This document shows positions 9,773 through 19,687 of a stretch of DNA of 64,000 nt, piece after piece. Origin of the DNA: an uncultured Gammaproteobacteria bacterium (GTDB taxonomy: Bacteria; Patescibacteriota; Patescibacteriia; Magasanikbacterales; GWA2-37-8). The notes below the pieces were generated by a model that ran no database searches, was not told the origin of the DNA, and saw nothing but the letters and a program-made list of their open reading frames with translations. The stretch is taken from assembly GCA_964596525.1 (NCBI GenBank), contig CAZQUL010000001.1, forward strand, positions 742,509 through 806,508, given 5' to 3'. The stretch's first letter is position 1; the number at the start of each line of letters is the position of its first letter. The translations under genes and the position numbers were made by a program.

Positions 9773-10956
9773 ACTTGATATATATCGCTAATGCCCGGCT
9801 TCCTACCGAGAAAGCACATGGTTTTCAGATCGTCACCATGTGTCAGGAATATGCTGCGCTTGATATGCCGGTCGAACTCATCACGCCGTACCGCGTGAAT
9901 GCGATTGCCACGCCCCTGGCCGAGTTTTACGGCCTGAAACGACAGCTTTTCCGCCATCGTGTACTGCCCGGTTTTGATGCCTTCGCCCTCTTTCCGCCGC
10001 GTTGGCATGGGGTGGCGTACTGGGTCAATTATCTCGTTTTTTTCATCGGTCTTCTGTTTACGAAGCTCCCCACCACCGAAACGTGGATCATTACCCGCGA
10101 ACTGCCGCTTGTCTGGCTTCTTAAAAAACGTGGTTACCGCGTGGCCTATGAATGCCATGACGGTCTTGGTGCTAAAAGCGGTGCGAAACGCTTTCTCATG
10201 AAAAGCGCGGTGCGAGTTATTGCGACCAATATTTTCATTAAACAATCTTTGGTTCAGCATGGCGTTGATGAGCAAAAGATTATCGTGGCACCCAACGGCG
10301 TTAGCCTGGAAACGTTCGGCATCACTACGGAGCGCGCTACGGCGCTTGCAGAAGTTCCTCTTGAGACATCGCTCAAAGAGCAAATTTTGAGTGGTTTACC
10401 AGTTCTCGTATATACCGGAAGTTTTACCACTAAAGGCGAAGATAAGGGGCTTGATGATATTTTAAAAGCATTGCCGCTCCTGCGAACCAAAGTTCACTTT
10501 ATCGCCGTCGGCGGATCAGAACGCGATCGGAGCTATTACCATGAGCGTGTCCATGAAGCCGGGCTTGACGATCGCGTGACGCTCGTGACGCGGGTTGATC
10601 AGGTGGTGCTGGCGCTGTTTCAGCGCGTGGCTCATGCGCTCCTTATGCCGTTTCCGCGCCGGGCGCATTACGAATACCACATGTCGCCGCTTAAGACGTT
10701 CGAATATATGGCGAGCGGACGACCGATTATTGCATCGGAACTCCCGAGTATACAGGCGATTCTCCCACCCACGGCTGCTTTTTTCGTGCCGCCGGATAGT
10801 CCGGCTGAGCTCGCTAAAACCATCGATAATGTGCTAGCGCACCCCGAAGAAGGGGAGAAACGGGCGCATGAAGCGCGTAAGCTGGTAGAGAATTTTTCAT
10901 GGACTGCGCGGGCGCGTCATATCCTGAATGCGCTTATGGGTACGAATTTTGCTTAA
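9769..10956 (+). CDS. Glycosyltransferase family 4
   Basis: NARLPTEKAHG N-terminus; SPLKTFEYMASGRPIIAS. Confidence 0.9.
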   Translation: MNLIYIANARLPTEKAHGFQIVTMCQEYAALDMPVELITPYRVNAIATPLAEFYGLKRQLFRHRVLPGFDAFALFPPRWHGVAYWVNYLVFFIGLLFTKLPTTETWIITRELPLVWLLKKRGYRVAYECHDGLGAKSGAKRFLMKSAVRVIATNIFIKQSLVQHGVDEQKIIVAPNGVSLETFGITTERATALAEVPLETSLKEQILSGLPVLVYTGSFTTKGEDKGLDDILKALPLLRTKVHFIAVGGSERDRSYYHERVHEAGLDDRVTLVTRVDQVVLALFQRVAHALLMPFPRRAHYEYHMSPLKTFEYMASGRPIIASELPSIQAILPPTAAFFVPPDSPAELAKTIDNVLAHPEEGEKRAHEARKLVENFSWTARARHILNALMGTNFA

Positions 10957-11001
10957 TACTAAGCTTTATTTTTTGTCTTCCGTAAGGTAGGATGTAGCTA
11001 T

Positions 11002-12744
11002 ATGTGTGGTTTACTTGGAACTGTTGGGCTCTCGGCACAAGCATTCGCGTGCGGGCTCCCAACAATAGCTTATCGCGGTCCGGATTTTACCGGTGAGTGG
11101 TCCGAAGGCGATGTAACACTCGGGCATCATCGCCTGGCGATCGTCGACCTGGACCGCCGTTCACATCAACCGTTTCATTACCATCACTACGCCATTATTT
11201 TCAATGGTGAGATTTATAATCACGAAGAACTCCGCCGTACGCACCTGGCGGATCATACATTTACAACGACAAGCGACACCGAAACCATCCTGCATCTCTA
11301 TGAACGCTACGGGCGCGACATGCTGCCGTTACTTTCCGGCATGTTCGCGTTCGTCATCCATGACCGCGAACAGAAAACGCTTTTCCTGGCGCGTGATCAT
11401 GCTGGTATCAAGCCGCTCTACTATTACGTCCAAGACGGCAAGCTCGTCTGCGCCTCAGAAGCCAAAGCGATTCTTTCTGTGCTCGCTGCGAACGGCGTTC
11501 ACCCGGACATCCGCCGCGATCTGTTGCCGGCGTATTTCACCTTCGGTTACATCCCATCGCCGGATTCCCTCTACGCTGGCGTGCAAAAATTACCTGCGGG
11601 CCACTCTGCCATCTTTTCGCTTGAGAAACGATCGCTTGAAATGCCTGTAGCGTTTTCGGTTAACGTGGCACCTGCGCCGGCAACTGAAGAAGAAGCGTAC
11701 GCCCTCATCGAAAAGAAGATTTTGAGTCACCTTATGGCTGATGTGCCGGTTGGACTCTTTTTCTCGGGCGGCACAGACTCATCGCTTATAGCTGCTGTTT
11801 TACAGAAGCATAACATCCAACTCAAAACGTACAGCGTGCGCATGACGCACAAGCCTGACGACGCGCGCTACTTCGAAGCGATTAGCAAGCAGCTCAGCCT
11901 CACGTCGCAGGTCGTCGATTTCGGCGTCTCCGAGTTCGATGCTCTCTACGAAGAAATCACGTCAAAAATCGACGAGCCGATCCACGACACGTCGCTTTTC
12001 CCCACCTATTTTATTTGCCGACTCGCGGCCAAAGACGTGAAGGTGGTACTCTCGGGCGAAGGCGGGGATGAGTTCTTTTTAGGATATAAACGACAGAAAG
12101 AATTGATGCGTCTTGCAGCGAGAACATCTCCGTCGTTTTTGAGCTATGTGTACCGCTCAACGCCCGAACTACGCGGTAAAAATACGCTCATGCTCGCTTT
12201 GTCCAAAAAGATCGATCCGTATCTGTATTATCTTTTGGCGACGGGTATCAGCGCGCACCCAAAAAATCTTTTTGCGGCGTATCGAAAGCTGCTCGGTAAC
12301 CAACCGCTTGAGCTTGACCGCACCTGGTATCTCGAAAACGATCTGCTTAAAAAACTCGATATTGCCACCTCGTTCGCGTCCATCGAAGGGCGCGTGCCGC
12401 TCGTTGACTCGGCCGTTATCGCCGTGGCGCGCCGATTCGAGAACAGAGCGTTCGATAACGGCGTTTCCAAAGCGCTTCTTAAACGGATGCTTGCGCGCTA
12501 TATTCCGCAAGAACTCGTGTACCGCGGTAAAAGTGGTTTCAGTATCGCACCCACCACGCTCTTGACCACCTCGCCCATCCTTAAAGAGCGTGTTCCGGTC
12601 GCTCTCAACTATCTGAGAGGTTTAGAATGCTGGCCATTTCCGTATGGCGAACAGGATATTCCCATGCTCCGCGAGCGTTTTCCCTATCTTTTGTTCGCTG
12701 CGCTCTTTTTGTATCACGCGCTTACTAACCGACCTCGTGTATGA
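11002..12744 (+). CDS. asnB: Asparagine synthase-like glutamine amidotransferase (glycan amidation, WbpS/LtsA-like)
   Basis: N-terminal MCG nucleophile, HHRLAIVDL, FNGEIYN, SGGTDSS, SGEGGDE. Confidence 0.92.
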   Translation: MCGLLGTVGLSAQAFACGLPTIAYRGPDFTGEWSEGDVTLGHHRLAIVDLDRRSHQPFHYHHYAIIFNGEIYNHEELRRTHLADHTFTTTSDTETILHLYERYGRDMLPLLSGMFAFVIHDREQKTLFLARDHAGIKPLYYYVQDGKLVCASEAKAILSVLAANGVHPDIRRDLLPAYFTFGYIPSPDSLYAGVQKLPAGHSAIFSLEKRSLEMPVAFSVNVAPAPATEEEAYALIEKKILSHLMADVPVGLFFSGGTDSSLIAAVLQKHNIQLKTYSVRMTHKPDDARYFEAISKQLSLTSQVVDFGVSEFDALYEEITSKIDEPIHDTSLFPTYFICRLAAKDVKVVLSGEGGDEFFLGYKRQKELMRLAARTSPSFLSYVYRSTPELRGKNTLMLALSKKIDPYLYYLLATGISAHPKNLFAAYRKLLGNQPLELDRTWYLENDLLKKLDIATSFASIEGRVPLVDSAVIAVARRFENRAFDNGVSKALLKRMLARYIPQELVYRGKSGFSIAPTTLLTTSPILKERVPVALNYLRGLECWPFPYGEQDIPMLRERFPYLLFAALFLYHALTNRPRV

Positions 12745-13442
12745 ACCAAACTCCCTTATCCGGTGTTCCGATGGAATTGAAACAAAAAATGGCCGAACAA
12801 GCGACGATGTACGGCGAACAAACCTACTGGCGTCGCGACGAAGAAGCCCTCGTAACGCGCTATTTCACCGCACCCGGAGCGCGCGTTTTAGTATTGGGTT
12901 GCGGTGGGGGGCGCACGCTCTTGCCGCTCCACGCCAAGGGTTTTAAGGTTACGGCCGTAGATATTGTCCCTGAGATGGTTGCTGAAGCGCGTAAAAAAGT
13001 GACTGGCACCTCGGTTGCGGTTGAGGTGATGGATGCGACCGCGCTTGCGTATCCGGATCAATCATTCGATTACGTATTTTTTCCGTTCCACGGCATCGAT
13101 TTCATTGCGCCGGACGTATATGCGGCGGTGAGAGAAGCGGCACGCGTGCTTGCTCCTGGTGGTACCTTCATTTTTAATTCCCATAATCCGTATTTCGTAA
13201 AGGACCTCGCTTCGTTTTGGGAAACATACCATGATTATGAAGGAATGAAATTTTACCGCTTCGGCGTAAGGGACCGTTTCCGGCTCAGGCGTTTTTTTGA
13301 ACGGGTTACGATACACCAGCGCATCTCACTTCTGCCGTGGAGTGAGGCAAACTGGAAAGACAAGGTGTATAAACTCTTGCCGTTTTTCAACAAATCCACG
13401 TATTTCGTGTGCCAAGACCCACGCGTTTCACGGAGCCTATGA
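12741..13442 (+). CDS. Class I SAM-dependent methyltransferase
   Basis: VLVLGCGGGR motif I, AVDI, FDYV, RVLAPGG. Confidence 0.9.
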   Translation: MNQTPLSGVPMELKQKMAEQATMYGEQTYWRRDEEALVTRYFTAPGARVLVLGCGGGRTLLPLHAKGFKVTAVDIVPEMVAEARKKVTGTSVAVEVMDATALAYPDQSFDYVFFPFHGIDFIAPDVYAAVREAARVLAPGGTFIFNSHNPYFVKDLASFWETYHDYEGMKFYRFGVRDRFRLRRFFERVTIHQRISLLPWSEANWKDKVYKLLPFFNKSTYFVCQDPRVSRSL

Positions 13443-14179
13443 AACTGACGTATCGGAAGTACGGTTTTAATTTCACTGAGTGGTGGTATGAGTACGATGG
13501 TGTAAGGCCGTCTGGGTGGCGTACGGTACTCTTAGTGCGTTCGCTTGTCGAGCTTCCGGCGCTCGGCAAACCGCAGGCCGTAAAAAAAACGCCGATCATT
13601 GATCTTGCCAAAAATGAAGCTGATATCTTCGCTTCGTTTAATGATACGACGCGCAACGAAATTCGACGTACGGATAAATTTACTGAGTGGCGTTTTGAGG
13701 TGAAGGAAAACGTTGATGAAACGGCGTATCAAGTGTACGCGCGGCAAGAAGTGTTGCAAGGGCGTGCACCGCGCCTTTTACGATCACTTGCCCACAACGT
13801 CGCGGCTGTGGCGTATTATCGCGACATGCCTTATGCGGTTATCACTGCGCGCCGCGTCGCGCCGCTTCTTAAAATCGAGACCATCAGTTCGGAGCGGCTG
13901 GAAACCGATGACAAAGAGCTTAAGAAATCTCTGGCTATGGCATCCCGGCGGGTGGTGTGGGAACTGTGTCGATATGCCAAAGAGCAAGGGTTTAAAGGGC
14001 TCGATATGGGATACGTCAATTTGTCCGACCCGGCGCGCGCCGGCATCGATCGCTTCAAGATGGGGTTTGGAGGCGAGGTCGTGACCGAGTACTCATACAC
14101 CGTGGCAAGTGCCGCGTATCGCACCTTGTACGCTCTGCTTCGTTGGTTCAACCATCTGCGCGGCGTGATAAAAATCTAG
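13439..14179 (+). CDS. FemAB/GNAT-like acyl- or aminoacyl-transferase
   Basis: IIDLAKNEADIFASFNDTTRNEIRR and LDMG...GIDRFKMGFGG resemble FemABX signatures. Confidence 0.75.
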   Translation: MKLTYRKYGFNFTEWWYEYDGVRPSGWRTVLLVRSLVELPALGKPQAVKKTPIIDLAKNEADIFASFNDTTRNEIRRTDKFTEWRFEVKENVDETAYQVYARQEVLQGRAPRLLRSLAHNVAAVAYYRDMPYAVITARRVAPLLKIETISSERLETDDKELKKSLAMASRRVVWELCRYAKEQGFKGLDMGYVNLSDPARAGIDRFKMGFGGEVVTEYSYTVASAAYRTLYALLRWFNHLRGVIKI

Positions 14180-14180
14180 T

Positions 14181-14867
14181 ATGATCGCTATTTTGTCTTA
14201 CCATTCCATCAGTCCGTCAACATATCCGTATGCGGTTTCGGCCGAGATGTTTGAACGCCAGCTCCTGTGGCTTAAGCGCTCGTTTACCGTACTCTCGGCT
14301 GCGGATTTTCCGCGTGCCCTCTCTGATCATCGCGGTAAAAAATACGCGCTTATTACTTTTGATGACGGGTTTAAAGATGTCGTAACGACGGCACTGCCGA
14401 TTATGCAGCGCCATGGTGTGCCCGGCGTTTTGTTTCTCTCGCCTGGGTTGGTGGGTGGTACGTTTTGCGACCTCCCGATGATGGAGTGGGATGAGGTTAA
14501 AAAACTGCAGACAAGTGGTTTTTTTGCCATTGAAAGCCATGCCGTGACGCATCGCAAACTCAAAGATCTTCCGCTCGATGAAATGTGCCGCGAACTCATT
14601 GATTCACAGCGGATGATCGAAGAAAAAACTGCTGCTTCGGTCCGATGGATTGCGTATCCGTACGGATCGTACACACCGGCTGTAGCCGAAGAAGCGGCGC
14701 GGCAGTATAGGTATGGTTTTGCGATTGACGGCATCATCGATGATGATTCTAGAATAGAACCGTTGCTTTTGCCGCGCATCATCGTGTCGCGCGATATGTC
14801 GATGATGAAATTTAAGCTGCGATTCAGCCCGTGGTTTTGGCGCGTGCGGAAGTGGCTTAAGCGGTAG
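14181..14867 (+). CDS. Polysaccharide deacetylase (CE4/NodB)
   Basis: ITFDDGF, SHAVTH, AYPYG. Confidence 0.92.
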   Translation: MIAILSYHSISPSTYPYAVSAEMFERQLLWLKRSFTVLSAADFPRALSDHRGKKYALITFDDGFKDVVTTALPIMQRHGVPGVLFLSPGLVGGTFCDLPMMEWDEVKKLQTSGFFAIESHAVTHRKLKDLPLDEMCRELIDSQRMIEEKTAASVRWIAYPYGSYTPAVAEEAARQYRYGFAIDGIIDDDSRIEPLLLPRIIVSRDMSMMKFKLRFSPWFWRVRKWLKR

Positions 14868-14884
14868 TCGTATTAAAAGAATCC

Positions 14885-15814
14885 ATGCCTATGATGTTTA
14901 GCATTATTATCGCTACGTATAATCGCGCACATAGCCTTCCGGCTGTTATCGAGAGTATTGTGCGGCAAACATATGCCGAATGGGAGCTGATTATCGTTGA
15001 TGATGGTTCGACCGATGCTTCAGCCGAAGTTGTGAAGCCTTTTTTGACCGATGTGCGCGTTCGATATATGCCGCAAGCCCAGAATCGCGGCGCGTTCGCG
15101 GCGCGCAATGTCGGTATAGAAGCGGCAGTGGGGGATTACCTCGTCATTTGGGATAGTGATGATTTTTTGTACCCCGAAGCACTCGCTCGTCTTAAGGCTG
15201 AATTGGAGCGCCATCCGGAGTATGACATGTTATACGCGCCGGCGGATTTCTATCTCAAAGACAAACTGCTCGATATGCCAAAGCGTGCGACGGGGCCTGC
15301 GACAAGCGAAGATGTTATCGCCAACCGCTTGCCTAAGAACGACGTTGTTATTCCCGTCAGACGATCCTTTATCGGCAGCGATCGGTTTTTGGGGCCCAAT
15401 ATCGACTTTACGTTTTACGTGCTGCTCGCGGCACGGGCGCGTTCCATTGGGCATCTTGATGAACGATTGGGAAAAATCATTCTCATATCAGACACCGTGT
15501 CGGAAACAATCATGCGCACCAAACCGAACATTAAAAAGGCGGTGGCGCGTTCCCCGGGGTTCGATCGATTTCTTGATGCTGTGGGTGATAAATTACGCGT
15601 TCTGGTGCCGAGCCGGTACGCCGGTGTGGCGTACGGAGCATCGGTCGGTTTTCTTCTTGCCGGGGATGTGGAGCGCGCTAAGAAAAATAGCGCTCGGGCT
15701 GCACAGGCAGAACCTTCGTTTAAATACCGACTTTTCAATCTATTCGTTAGCTGCCCCGGTTCTGCGGCGCTGTGGCGTTTCATTTTTAAGCTTCGGATGA
15801 AACTGGATCGGTAG
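14885..15814 (+). CDS. Glycosyltransferase family 2
   Basis: SIIIATYNR, IVDDGSTD, WDSDD; alternative start at 14891. Confidence 0.9.
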   Translation: MPMMFSIIIATYNRAHSLPAVIESIVRQTYAEWELIIVDDGSTDASAEVVKPFLTDVRVRYMPQAQNRGAFAARNVGIEAAVGDYLVIWDSDDFLYPEALARLKAELERHPEYDMLYAPADFYLKDKLLDMPKRATGPATSEDVIANRLPKNDVVIPVRRSFIGSDRFLGPNIDFTFYVLLAARARSIGHLDERLGKIILISDTVSETIMRTKPNIKKAVARSPGFDRFLDAVGDKLRVLVPSRYAGVAYGASVGFLLAGDVERAKKNSARAAQAEPSFKYRLFNLFVSCPGSAALWRFIFKLRMKLDR

Positions 15815-17063
15815 ATGCAGGCCTCGAAAACGCCAGATAGAACGTAACGACGCTCATGATGATCTTGTTGATGAGAAGAGCAGCGATGAGTCCGGCGAGT
15901 CCGCCTAGCATGACGGCCGGGATGGTGACGATGAGGGATAATGCGCTTTCGGTGAGTTCGCTCTGGTATTGTTTTTTGATGCTCGTTTGAGCTTGTACGA
16001 GGATCATGTTTTTAAGAATCACGATGAAGGCGGTGAAAGGGATTGACCACACGAACCATTGTGAATACGGCACGGCAGCGGTATAGCGAGGTAAGAGCCA
16101 GGCATACAGATACGGTGCTATAAACGTATACAGCAGAGCGCCGAGCGTGAACAAGACTCCAAACGGGAAGAATTTTCTTAGGAATAAGCGACGCGGATGG
16201 TCGGTTTTCATGGTGCTGATTTTGGGCAAAAGGAGTCGGCTGTTAGAAACGATGAGCATGCGGATCTGTTCGATGGGGGCGATAATAAACGCGAAAAGAG
16301 CAAGTGCGGTGCTGCCCGAAATATGGTAGAGAAGAAGCGACGACGCCGTGCCGATCACGGTCGTTAGTCCTTTTACGATGCTTAAATGCACGCCGAACGC
16401 GGCGGTATTTTTTTCTACCTCATTGTTGGGTGGGAAACGGTGTGTCGTTGCAAACCATGCATACACTAAGACAAGAAGCGGTAGGCCGTAGTACGTGAGT
16501 GATAAAACAGGTAACGACGGCAGGAAGAAAATAGCCGTAAGAGTCGTGCCGACCAAGACGATTTTGCCCCACACCTGGTAACGGTTGATGAGCGCGTACG
16601 AGCGCAGGCCGTTGAGGATAGCGCTGTAGCTGTCGAAGGCAGTCAGAGGTATAAATACGCTCGCAATGATGAGTCCGAGGCCGATCATGTGTCTTTGGGT
16701 TGCGATAAGGTAAAGCCCGTACACGACGCCGGCGGCTAAACCGATCATGCTGCCTGCAAGTCGAATGCGTAATGCGCTGCGCGCGCTACCGCTTTTACCT
16801 TGGGCTACGGCGAGCGTGGTGGCGACGTTAAGGTTAGCAAGTGTTGCGAGTCCGAGGATGCTTAAAATACTCCCGATGTATTTGAGGTCGCCATACACCG
16901 TTGGGTCAACCAGGTTGCCAAACGCGAGCGAGAGTAGAAACGTGGAGCCGGAATTGATAATTTCGCTCAGCGTTAACCACCAGCCGCCGTGGATGAAATA
17001 ACGTACGTCGGTTTTGAAGATTTTTTCGAGTAGAGTGATGATACGGGTGCGCCACGTGTTCAT
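15786..17063 (-). CDS. Oligosaccharide flippase (Wzx/MOP family)
   Basis: About 12 TM segments; located in the glycan cluster. Confidence 0.8.
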   Translation of the reverse strand: MNTWRTRIITLLEKIFKTDVRYFIHGGWWLTLSEIINSGSTFLLSLAFGNLVDPTVYGDLKYIGSILSILGLATLANLNVATTLAVAQGKSGSARSALRIRLAGSMIGLAAGVVYGLYLIATQRHMIGLGLIIASVFIPLTAFDSYSAILNGLRSYALINRYQVWGKIVLVGTTLTAIFFLPSLPVLSLTYYGLPLLVLVYAWFATTHRFPPNNEVEKNTAAFGVHLSIVKGLTTVIGTASSLLLYHISGSTALALFAFIIAPIEQIRMLIVSNSRLLLPKISTMKTDHPRRLFLRKFFPFGVLFTLGALLYTFIAPYLYAWLLPRYTAAVPYSQWFVWSIPFTAFIVILKNMILVQAQTSIKKQYQSELTESALSLIVTIPAVMLGGLAGLIAALLINKIIMSVVTFYLAFSRPASTDPVSSEA

Positions 17064-18199
17064 ACAGAGATAAGACGCTGATAGAGTTCGGTGTAGCTTT
17101 GGCCCATCGCTTCACTTAAAAAGCGCGGTTCAAGCGGTGGTGGTGGAGGGCATCCGGTGGAAAGTAGATGGTGGAGCGCACGCATGAATCCCGCTTCGTT
17201 GTCGGGCTCAAAGAGAAATTTTTTATCCACGATTTCTGGTATGCCACCGACGTGGGAGGCGAGTATCGGGATGCCCTGATGCCGCGCCTCGAGCAGTACG
17301 TAGGGCAACCCTTCAAAGATCGACGGCAGAATAAACACGTCAAAACCGCGCAGGATATTCGTTGCATCCGAAATGTAATTCCCGAGAATGACGGTATTTT
17401 CGAGATGGTGTTGTTTAATTGCCTCTTCGTATAATGGGCGTTCAGGGCCGCTGCCGATAATAACTATCAGCGCGGACGGATCGGCGGCGTGCAGGGTGCG
17501 GGCTTGGTTAATGAGCCAGGTGTAATTTTTGGGATAAGCGAACCGTCCGATGGTGCCGTAGACGCGATGGTGGGCGAGCGATCGTCCGAGGTGATGTTCA
17601 AGGGCGCGCCGGGCCTCATCGCGTGGTGGTATATGCTCCGGAGCGGTTAAGCCATTGTAAATCAACGTTGAGCGCGGTGACAGCTGTAGAGCAGTGGCAT
17701 CATTGTAATTAGCGCGGCAAATATACACGGTTTCATCGCACGCCGAAAGAAGAAAGCGGAAAATGCTCGTCCAGACCGAACGTTTGAGGTCAGACTGGCG
17801 ATGGTGTGGGTCGAGTAGGGAAAGACCGTGGAGCGTAGCGACGGTTTTTATGCGCGTACCCATGAGTCGGAGTAGCCGAGGGGCGACAAGCGTATTGGAG
17901 CTGTTGAGGTGGATAAGTTTGGCACGCTCGGTATGAGCCAGTTTTTTGAGCTCCTGCGTGAAGAGTAGGCTTTTGAACGGATTAAGCGAACGGTCCAAGT
18001 GAGCTAGGGTGCGGTGGGGAATGTCTAATCGTTCGGCTTCACTCGGTACATAGTCGCCGGGGCCAGAAGCGATCAGTGGTCGGAGGCTGTGCTCCGGGTG
18101 ATTAACAAGATATTTGGCTATATCAAGCACAAAACGTTGGGCTCCGCCCGGCGTTCCTTGAGTAACAACGAGGAGAATGGTGGTGGGAGACGTGGACAT
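17060..18199 (-). CDS. Glycosyltransferase family 4
   Basis: GGAQRFV, LPSIFEGLPYVLLEA. Confidence 0.9.
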   Translation of the reverse strand: MSTSPTTILLVVTQGTPGGAQRFVLDIAKYLVNHPEHSLRPLIASGPGDYVPSEAERLDIPHRTLAHLDRSLNPFKSLLFTQELKKLAHTERAKLIHLNSSNTLVAPRLLRLMGTRIKTVATLHGLSLLDPHHRQSDLKRSVWTSIFRFLLSACDETVYICRANYNDATALQLSPRSTLIYNGLTAPEHIPPRDEARRALEHHLGRSLAHHRVYGTIGRFAYPKNYTWLINQARTLHAADPSALIVIIGSGPERPLYEEAIKQHHLENTVILGNYISDATNILRGFDVFILPSIFEGLPYVLLEARHQGIPILASHVGGIPEIVDKKFLFEPDNEAGFMRALHHLLSTGCPPPPPLEPRFLSEAMGQSYTELYQRLISV

Positions 18200-18291
18200 A
18201 TGCGGCGGTTTTTTCGCTAAAATACGTCTTGCTTTCGAAGTCAACAGTGTGTTACCGTAACCACGCTTTGGTTACGTAGAAGAATGCTTTT

Positions 18292-19677
18292 ATGAATATC
18301 CTTTTTATCGGTTCTGGATTCGTGGGGAGCTGTTCGGCGGCAGTTGCGGCTGGGAGCGGTCACACGGTGATGGTGTACGATATCGACGAGAAAAAAATCG
18401 CTGCCTTATCTTCTGGTGATCGCGATACAGTGGAGCAGTGCCTGTACGAAGAGGGGCTCGGTGATCTTTTGGTGCGCAACCGCGAGCGTCTCCAGTTTAC
18501 CACAGACTATGCGCAGGTGGAAACGTTTTTAGACAGTGTCCAAGCCATTTTTTTGTGTCTTCCCACGCCCGAAATCGGCGAAACAGGGGAGAGTGATTTA
18601 TCGTTTTATACTGCGGCGCTTACCCGGCTCGCCGGGGCTTTAGTGCGTCGGAATGGTGGCGTGCAAAGCAACTACGTCGTGATCGTCAACAAAAGCACGG
18701 TGCCTATTGATACCGTCCGCATAGCGGAAGAAATGTTGGCGGCGCATGGTGTGAAAGAGTATGGTGTGGTTTCAAACCCGGAGTTTTTGGTGGAAGGAAA
18801 AGCGGTTCAGGGTTCGCTCAAACCCGACCGCGTAGTGATTGGTGCTAAAAGCGAACGCGACTTTGCGGTGATGCGCGGCGTGTACCAGCGGTTCTACGAT
18901 TCGCCGTCCGTACAATACCTCGAAGTAAGTCCCGAAGAAGCTGCGGCTGGCAAACTTCTTGCTAACTTTTACTTGTTTAATCGCTTAGCGATTTGTTTTG
19001 ATGTCATTGGGCGCACTACCGAGGCGTTTCCGGGGTTGCGTTTTGAAAATATCCGCCGCGTGCTTACGAGCGACCCGCGTATCGGGGAGTGGGGGTTCTA
19101 CGATAGTTTATATGCTGGCGGGAGCTGTTTCATCAAAGACGCCCGTTCATTAGCGCATCAGTTGCAGCTCAAGGGGCGCAATGCTACGCTCGTTAACGAG
19201 ACGTATCTCGCCAATAAACGCCAGCTCGAACTCTTTTTGGCTCGGGCGGAGCGCGAAGCTGGGTTTGACTGGAACGGTAAGAGCGTGGCACTGCTCGGCT
19301 TAGCCTTTAAACGCGATACTAACGATATCCGCAATTCGCCGAGCGTCGATATTATGCACTTTTTGGAAGAGCGTCAGGTTGCGCGTGTAGAGTTATATGA
19401 TCCGGTGGCCGGTTCGCAGTTTGAGCGCATATTCCCGCGTAGTGACCGGCGTGTCTACGCTGCCTCAACCGCTGAGGCGATTGCTCAGGCAGATGTGGTG
19501 ATTATCGCGACCGATTGGCCGCAATTCCGCGCGCTTGGCGCCGAGCTTGCCAAACTTCCGCATCGACCGCTCATTATGGATGGCCGCCGCATGCTCCAGC
19601 ACACCTTTGATGATCTGGTGGCGGGCGGGTTCAGCATCATTGCTGTCGGTTCGTCATTTCTAACTCCTCACGTTTAG
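18292..19677 (+). CDS. ugd: UDP-glucose 6-dehydrogenase family
   Basis: IGSGFVG, NKSTVP, SNPEFLVEG, GGSCF (catalytic Cys), LAFKRDTNDIRNSP. Confidence 0.88.
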   Translation: MNILFIGSGFVGSCSAAVAAGSGHTVMVYDIDEKKIAALSSGDRDTVEQCLYEEGLGDLLVRNRERLQFTTDYAQVETFLDSVQAIFLCLPTPEIGETGESDLSFYTAALTRLAGALVRRNGGVQSNYVVIVNKSTVPIDTVRIAEEMLAAHGVKEYGVVSNPEFLVEGKAVQGSLKPDRVVIGAKSERDFAVMRGVYQRFYDSPSVQYLEVSPEEAAAGKLLANFYLFNRLAICFDVIGRTTEAFPGLRFENIRRVLTSDPRIGEWGFYDSLYAGGSCFIKDARSLAHQLQLKGRNATLVNETYLANKRQLELFLARAEREAGFDWNGKSVALLGLAFKRDTNDIRNSPSVDIMHFLEERQVARVELYDPVAGSQFERIFPRSDRRVYAASTAEAIAQADVVIIATDWPQFRALGAELAKLPHRPLIMDGRRMLQHTFDDLVAGGFSIIAVGSSFLTPHV

Positions 19678-19687
19678 TTTTATTACT

